Below are positions 58,176 to 64,000 of a DNA stretch of 64,000 nt, in pieces. This stretch comes from Nemertoderma westbladi (Eukaryota; Animalia; Xenacoelomorpha): the NCBI GenBank assembly GCA_032718475.1, contig JAUCBJ010003131.1, positions 26,846 through 90,845 on the forward strand, read 5' to 3'. Positions within the stretch are counted from its first letter, which is position 1. Each line of letters opens with the position of its first letter. Both the position numbers and the translations under genes were made by a program. The notes under the pieces were generated by a model. It did not search any database, had not been told where the DNA came from, and worked only from the letters and a program-made list of their open reading frames with translations.

Positions 58176-61100
58176 TTGAATCCTAAGAAAGACTACAATC
58201 AGCTAATGTCTAGAATTGATTTAGATACAAGTTCCGATAGTAACAGTAGTGAGAATGAAATTGACTGTGATTCAGACACTGACTATCGCCCTCCTCATCG
58301 GTGCACCTCTACTCCTAATCAGAATTTATCCCATTCATTTGATGATAATATAGTGCCACCAACTCCTTTGCAAGGATGTTCTCACTGGGATCTTGACCCC
58401 AAGACTAGCTTATCAGATCTTCCCTTGACAACAGAAACAGAAAGAGTACCACAACTACTGGTTGCTGCTAATGAAGCTGGAGTCAATAAGAAACGGCCTG
58501 CAAAGGTATTTTATTGCTGGTATTGTGAAGTACGATGCCAAAATATATGGAGACATGGACGATCTCTTCATAAAAATATTCTGAAAACGGAGCAGCATGT
58601 CAATTACTTTGCACAAAAATGTCGTGAACTAACTGCAGCCAAAATGGCAAATGAAGATCAATGTAAGAAGAAATCATCTTACAGATTTAGCAGGTGTCCT
58701 TTGTGCCCTAAATGTCCGGTGCGATTGGCAAATCATTTAACCGTAGTCCATGGTATTCCTACCAAGAAAAAAGACAGCCATGGAAAGTTTGTTACCAATG
58801 ATGTTAGATTGAAGTATTTAAATACTGAGACAAGACACAAATCCTTGTTAGTTGAAGAATCTTCGAAGAAAGTTTATGACATTGTTGAAGAAATTCCTTT
58901 AATTTCTACGTTTAAGGATTTCCTTATAGTTCGCAGGAAAACGAATAAGGAAGCAGAGTTTTATGCTAAATGTGTTTCACATTTTTATGATTTAATGCGA
59001 AACCGCCTCAGTGAACGGTTTTCGATAGAATCAATGTTTAATGGAGATAAAATTGAAACAGCATTTATGGATTTACAGGAAGAAAAGATTTATAGTGGTT
59101 CAAAGGTTCGTGAAGTTTCATCCATTGCTGTGTATTGCCACAAATTGTTGAAATTCATGAACTTTTCATTACAAAAGACCAGTCTAATTTTTTCAGAATC
59201 TTGTGGAAAAGTTTCACATGAGATGGTGGTATCTGCAAAAGCAGTAATTGAATCTCTTCAGAACAGTTTGTCTCGGGATCTAAAATCGCACCAGCACCAG
59301 GTCTTAAAAGAATCAACAGATGCAATGCCGTCTAAAAAAGAGGTGGACGAATTCATAAAGTCTAAGGAATCCGGCGCTATCCTATCGGCTATAGATAACC
59401 TGACAGAGGACTACCCTGTTAACTCACCATGGGCCCTATGGCAAATGCAAGCGTATCTAATGGCGGCGATAATGCTCCCAAACGGTGTTAGACCTTGCAA
59501 TATTACTGATATGACAGTACAACATGTTGAAAAGAGGAAGCACATTGAGTTTGACAAGACAATTATTAGAATTCCACATCATAAGACTTCTGCTACTTTC
59601 GGAGGCCAGGATTTGGTTATGAGTCGGGCGATATATTATGCCCTGAAGAAGTGGTGCTACTATGGGCGTGGTTTATACTCGAAAGAGAAAATAATTATCG
59701 ACAATGTGTTCACGACAACTCTCGGAAAAGAAATGGATAATGTTTCACGTCAAGTCCAACGGTTATGGCACATCCTCTGTCCCAATTCATCATCCACGAT
59801 GACTGCCACTGCTAATAGACACTGTATTTCTACCTGCAATCAACATACAAGTAGCGTTACTGATCCTAATTTGCAGCAACGCATTTCAAATCACATGAAG
59901 CATTCAATGAATACACAACGCCGCGTTTATGCTGCTGCTAATACTGAGGTTGAGGCTGTGGAGGCATACAAAATCATCGAGAACTTTTGTGATATTACAT
60001 CAACTACTTCAAATAGTGATGAACACCTCATTCCAAAGGAAAATGATGTACTGTTATCTCAAGCCTCTGTAGATTCGACTGAAGACAATTTGCTTAAAGA
60101 AATAGTTTCTGAGATTCCTCAGTGTGATACACAAGTAGACGTGGATGGTCAAACGTATATAGAATGTGACTTGATGGACTTTGAGAAGATTCTGGATACT
60201 TGCGAGAGTGTAATTCGCGTCACAGCTTCTCAATCCCAGCCGCTGGTTAACGTCCCCATGGCTACCGCTTCTCAATCCCAGCCGCTGGTTAACGTCCCCA
60301 TGGTTACCACTTCTCAATCCCAGCCGCTGGTTAACGTCCCCATGGTTACCACTTCTCAATCCCAGCCGCTGGTTAACGTCCCCATGGTTACCACTTCTCA
60401 ATCCCAGCCGCTGGTTTACGTTCCCATGGTTACTGCTTCTCAATCCCAGCCGCTGGTTAACGTTCCCATGGTTACCACTTCTCAATCCCAGCCGCTGGTT
60501 AACGTCCCCATGGTTACCACTTCTCAATCCCAGCCGCTGGTTAACGTCCCCATGGTTACCACTTCTCAATCCCAGCCGCTGGTTAACGTCCCCATGGTTA
60601 CCACTTCTCAATCCCAGCCGCTGGTTAACGTCCCCATGGTTACCACTTCTCAATCCCAGCCGCTGGTTTACGTTCCCATGGTTACTGCTTCTCAATCCCA
60701 GCCGCTGGTTAACGTTCCCATGGTTACCACTTCTCAATCCCAGCCGCTGGTTAACGTCCCCATGGTTACCACTTCTCAATCCCAGCCGCTGGTTAACGTC
60801 CCCATGGTTACCACTTCTCAATCCCAGCCGCTGGTTAACGTTCCCATGGATACCGGTTTTCAATCGCAGCTGTTGGCATTAACCTCATCTAATGATTATT
60901 CGATACTTCCATCTCCTCTTAAAGAAATGGACTTTAATAAAGCTACGAAAAAGAAACCGAAAATTAGAAGAAATTTAGACGAAGGTGTGAGAAAAGCTGT
61001 TTCCAATAACAAACGTATCTTATGGTCAAAAGAAGAAGTTGATATACTAATCGATGAATTACGTCCGTTCCTTAATGGAGTTCTGTTTTTCCGTGGTGGA

Positions 61101-61217
61101 AAAACGAAGGAAATCTACTTAAGTAAAGCGGCCCAGCGTCTTCCAGGCAGAACCCCTCTTCAGATATATGATAAATTTAGAGACATGAAAAAAACTCAGA
61201 AAAACCGTGATTGGTAA
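58176..61217 (+). CDS. Tyrosine-recombinase-domain protein with N-terminal C2H2-like fingers, a 14-aa repeat tract and a C-terminal Myb/SANT-like domain (first ATG at 58206)
   Basis: Uninterrupted ORF. CWYC..H...H and CPLC..HL..H fingers. YR-order catalytic motifs NGV[R]P, HH[K]T, TATAN[R]H, HMK[H]S...V[Y]. Tail WSKEE...LPGRTPLQIYDKF. Confidence 0.75.
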   Translation: MNPKKDYNQLMSRIDLDTSSDSNSSENEIDCDSDTDYRPPHRCTSTPNQNLSHSFDDNIVPPTPLQGCSHWDLDPKTSLSDLPLTTETERVPQLLVAANEAGVNKKRPAKVFYCWYCEVRCQNIWRHGRSLHKNILKTEQHVNYFAQKCRELTAAKMANEDQCKKKSSYRFSRCPLCPKCPVRLANHLTVVHGIPTKKKDSHGKFVTNDVRLKYLNTETRHKSLLVEESSKKVYDIVEEIPLISTFKDFLIVRRKTNKEAEFYAKCVSHFYDLMRNRLSERFSIESMFNGDKIETAFMDLQEEKIYSGSKVREVSSIAVYCHKLLKFMNFSLQKTSLIFSESCGKVSHEMVVSAKAVIESLQNSLSRDLKSHQHQVLKESTDAMPSKKEVDEFIKSKESGAILSAIDNLTEDYPVNSPWALWQMQAYLMAAIMLPNGVRPCNITDMTVQHVEKRKHIEFDKTIIRIPHHKTSATFGGQDLVMSRAIYYALKKWCYYGRGLYSKEKIIIDNVFTTTLGKEMDNVSRQVQRLWHILCPNSSSTMTATANRHCISTCNQHTSSVTDPNLQQRISNHMKHSMNTQRRVYAAANTEVEAVEAYKIIENFCDITSTTSNSDEHLIPKENDVLLSQASVDSTEDNLLKEIVSEIPQCDTQVDVDGQTYIECDLMDFEKILDTCESVIRVTASQSQPLVNVPMATASQSQPLVNVPMVTTSQSQPLVNVPMVTTSQSQPLVNVPMVTTSQSQPLVYVPMVTASQSQPLVNVPMVTTSQSQPLVNVPMVTTSQSQPLVNVPMVTTSQSQPLVNVPMVTTSQSQPLVNVPMVTTSQSQPLVYVPMVTASQSQPLVNVPMVTTSQSQPLVNVPMVTTSQSQPLVNVPMVTTSQSQPLVNVPMDTGFQSQLLALTSSNDYSILPSPLKEMDFNKATKKKPKIRRNLDEGVRKAVSNNKRILWSKEEVDILIDELRPFLNGVLFFRGGKTKEIYLSKAAQRLPGRTPLQIYDKFRDMKKTQKNRDW
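60219..60848 (+). repeat. In-frame 42-bp coding repeat, 15 copies (VTTSQSQPLVNVPM)
   Basis: Seen directly in the DNA and the translation; the Y/A variant pair recurs at a 6-unit period. Confidence 0.97.
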
Positions 61218-61446
61218 TTAATTATTAATTAAACGGGAATTTATATTTGCAATTATTTTTGATCTTAAACTGTCCTCTAATTTACTTAATATTTTTTGAA
61301 GCAGAATTTTCAGGTTTAAAAGTTGTGTTGTTTGTTGTTTCCTTGGTCGTTTTGTTTTATTAGTTATTTACATTAAAGTGTTTTTTTATTGTTTACAATT
61401 ATTTAGGAGTGATTTATTTACAATAAGAAATAATAGTCATTAACCA

Positions 61447-61620
61447 TTCCATCTCCTCTTAAAGAGATTATTGACTTTAATAAAGCTACAAAAAAAATAA
61501 AAATTTAGGAGATATTTAGAACAAGATGTCAGACAAGCTGTTTCCAATAAGAAACGTGTATTATCGTCGAAAAAAGTGCTTGATATACTAATTTATGAAT
61601 TTCGGCCATTCGTTAACGGC
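61447..61620 (+). pseudogene. Degenerate tandem duplicate of the 3' end of the recombinase ORF
   Basis: ttccatctcctcttaaaga..gactttaataaagctac..aagctgtttccaataa..ttgatatactaat matches 60907-61078, with indels. Confidence 0.85.
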
Positions 61621-61702
61621 AATTGGCCGGGGGGGGGGGGGGGGGGCATTTATATGCATGAAATTATTTTGGATTTTGGATTACTTATTTACATTTGGTG
61701 AG

Positions 61703-62022
61703 TCCTTGGTCGTTTTGTTTTATATTCCTTGGTCGTTTTGTTTTATATTCCTTGGTCGTTTTGTTTTATATTCCTTGGTCGTTTTGTTTTATATTCCTTG
61801 GTCGTTTTGTTTTATATTCCTTGGTCGTTTTGTTTTATATTCCTTGGTCGTTTTGTTTTATATTCCTTGGTCGTTTTGTTTTATATTCCTTGGTCGTTTT
61901 GTTTTATATTCCTTGGTCGTTTTGTTTTATATTCCTTGGTCGTTTTGTTTTATATTCCTTGGTCGTTTTGTTTTATATTCCTTGGTCGTTTTGTTTTATA
62001 TTCCTTGGTCGTTTTGTTTTAT
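61703..62022. repeat. 23-bp minisatellite (~14 copies)
   Basis: (ttccttggtcgttttgttttata)n. Confidence 0.97.
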
Positions 62023-62911
62023 TAGTTATTTACATTGTTTTACATACAGTGTTTGTTTATTGTTTATTGTTATATCACATTTTTACACAATATATTATTA
62101 GGTAGATATCTTCTTTTATAATTAGTAGTCCTACTTGCAAATAGTTCATTATTGTGCTACTTTTTCATACTGGTACTTATTGCCTTGAATGCTAATAATT
62201 ATTGCCATTCATTTTCCTGTAACGTTACAATGGAATAGTTATTCGAAAAAAGGAAGTCAACGGATAACTATAACTGTACTTTCTTTCTATCATACATTTC
62301 CAATTGGCAATTCAGAAAGAGCGAAATTCAGATATTCTGCCTTGGTGTATTGTGTTTTGTACTCGTTGGAATTTAAACACTCGCTACTGTCGTCTATAAA
62401 CCTACCAACTCAATGAGGGCAGAATAATGAATATCGCTCATCGTCGTTCGGTCGTCATTTTTTCGAATATATTTTTAATTAAATGCAATTTAATAATTGT
62501 TAATCAATCAGAATGATTTGTTTGCATAATACTATTAATAGTGTTTATAATGTCATAATAATGATTGCTGTCATAATTCACCACAACTGATTCGTTTTCA
62601 AACTCTGCCAACGGAATATAACTTATCTAAGAATGCATGTGGGGTGGGTGTAAGAAATATGATCCTAATCCTATGTGAAGAATATCATCGTTTCAAAAGA
62701 ATCCATACATGACGTCATGCTGGCAAGGGGATCGATCGGGTACGCTTTATTATAACTGTTTTATAGTGAGTTTCGAAATATTATTTGACAAATTGTAAGT
62801 ATTGACGTAATGACGTGACGTTAAGTGACGTCATTTATGGAAAATCCTGTCGTTGTCCAGTCACAATTCCGATTATCCGATTTAAAAACCCCGTAATACA
62901 AAGTGATTTCA

Positions 62912-63019
62912 TTATATTGCATGGAAGCTGAGGGGTCCTCCTCCTTTAGATCGCGTTCCTGCAGAGTCCACAAAACCTTGGATGGCATATACTCCCAAAT
63001 GCTGGGCACTTGTTACTGT
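62912..63019 (-). CDS. Candidate terminal exon of a neighbouring host gene that extends beyond the window
   Basis: Acceptor gtgtgttatag. The phase-0 frame reads TVTSAQHLGVYAIQGFVDSAGTRSKGGGPLSFHAI*. AATAAA lies downstream on the minus strand (~62750). Product not recognised. Confidence 0.35.
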   Translation of the reverse strand, partial: TVTSAQHLGVYAIQGFVDSAGTRSKGGGPLSFHAI

Positions 63020-63169
63020 CTATAACACACATTATTGGACAAATAAATATTAGGACATTGAAAGCCGCTGGTAAAACCAAGCCCTCCCTTCATATACAAT
63101 TATATAATTAGTGCAGAGCACATAAATTACCAGTAGGCCATATACAAAACGAGAAGATAATCTGACGCA

Positions 63170-64000
63170 TATGTCTGTCTCCTAAATAACGTTACGTATA
63201 TGTGTCTCCTAAACAACGTTATGTATATGTGTCTCCTAAACAACGTTATGTCTATATGTCTCCTAAACAACGTTATGTATATGTGTCTCCTAAACAACGT
63301 TATGTATATGTGTCTCCTAAACAACGTTATGTCTATGTGTCTCCTAAACAACGTTATGTATATGTGTCTCCTAAACAACGTTATGTATATGTGTCTCCTA
63401 AACAACGTTATGTATATGTGTCTCCTAAACAACGTTATGTATATGTGTCTCCTAAACAACGTTATGTATATGTGTCTCCTAAACAGCGTAATGTATATAT
63501 GTCTCCTTAACAATGTTATGTATATGTGTCTCCTAAACAACGTTATGTATCTATGTCTCCTAAACAACGTTATGTATATGTGTCTCCTAAACAGCGTAAT
63601 GTATATATGTCTCCTTAACAATGTTATGTATATGTGTCTCCTAAACAACGTTATGTATCTATGTCTCCTAAACAACGTTATGTATATGTGTCTCCTAAAC
63701 AACGTTATGTATATGTGTCTCCTAAACAGCGTAATGTATATATGTCTCCTTAACAATGTTATGTATATGTGTCTCCTAAACAATGTTATGTATATATGTC
63801 TCCTTAACAATGTTATGTATATGTGTCTCCTAAACAATGTTATGTATATGTGTCTCCTAAACAACGTTATGTATATGTGTCTCCTAAACAACGTTATGTA
63901 TATGTGTCTCCTAAACAGCGTAATGTATATATGTCTCCTTAACAATGTTATGTATATGTGTCTCCTAAACAATGTTATGTATATGTGTCTCCTAAACAAC
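63170..64000. repeat. 27-bp minisatellite running off the window end
   Basis: (gtctcctaaacaacgttatgtatatgt)n. Confidence 0.97.

Noticed and set aside
61595-63999. Hydrophobic or basic repeat ORFs (SLVVLFYIPW..., FRRHIYITL)
   Set aside because: Translations of the 23- and 27-bp minisatellites.

Overview
Repeat-dense, AT-rich eukaryotic (most likely invertebrate metazoan) genomic DNA; no prokaryotic operons, rRNA or CRISPR. About 40% is tandem repeat (a ~12 kb short-unit satellite plus 13-, 21-, 23-, 26/30-, 27-, 29-, 35-, 37-, 40-, 46-, 57- and 68-bp arrays). Mobile elements: a decayed Gypsy-type LTR retrotransposon (1-3422, minus); an intact-looking Ulp1-protease/RT/RLE non-LTR retrotransposon ORF (11015-14836) inside a hAT-like TIR/8-bp-TSD shell; two related solo-LTR-like elements with 5-bp TSDs; tRNA-head SINEs; 5'-truncated RTE-like and CRE-like LINEs; Helitron/Helentron-like non-autonomous elements. 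A 1013-codon ORF (58176-61217) has tyrosine-recombinase catalytic motifs, Zn-finger-like motifs and a Myb/SANT-like tail. The most interesting item is not assembled by the ORF track: I could splice by hand a minus-strand host gene of four coding exons (45214-45056, 43181-43020, 42549-42370, 32649-32464) joined by phase-0 GT-AG introns. It encodes a 228-aa secreted protein whose helix/loop pattern and intron phases resemble long-chain class-I helical cytokines, and it has a candidate kB-site promoter. All family assignments come from reading motifs; no searches were run.
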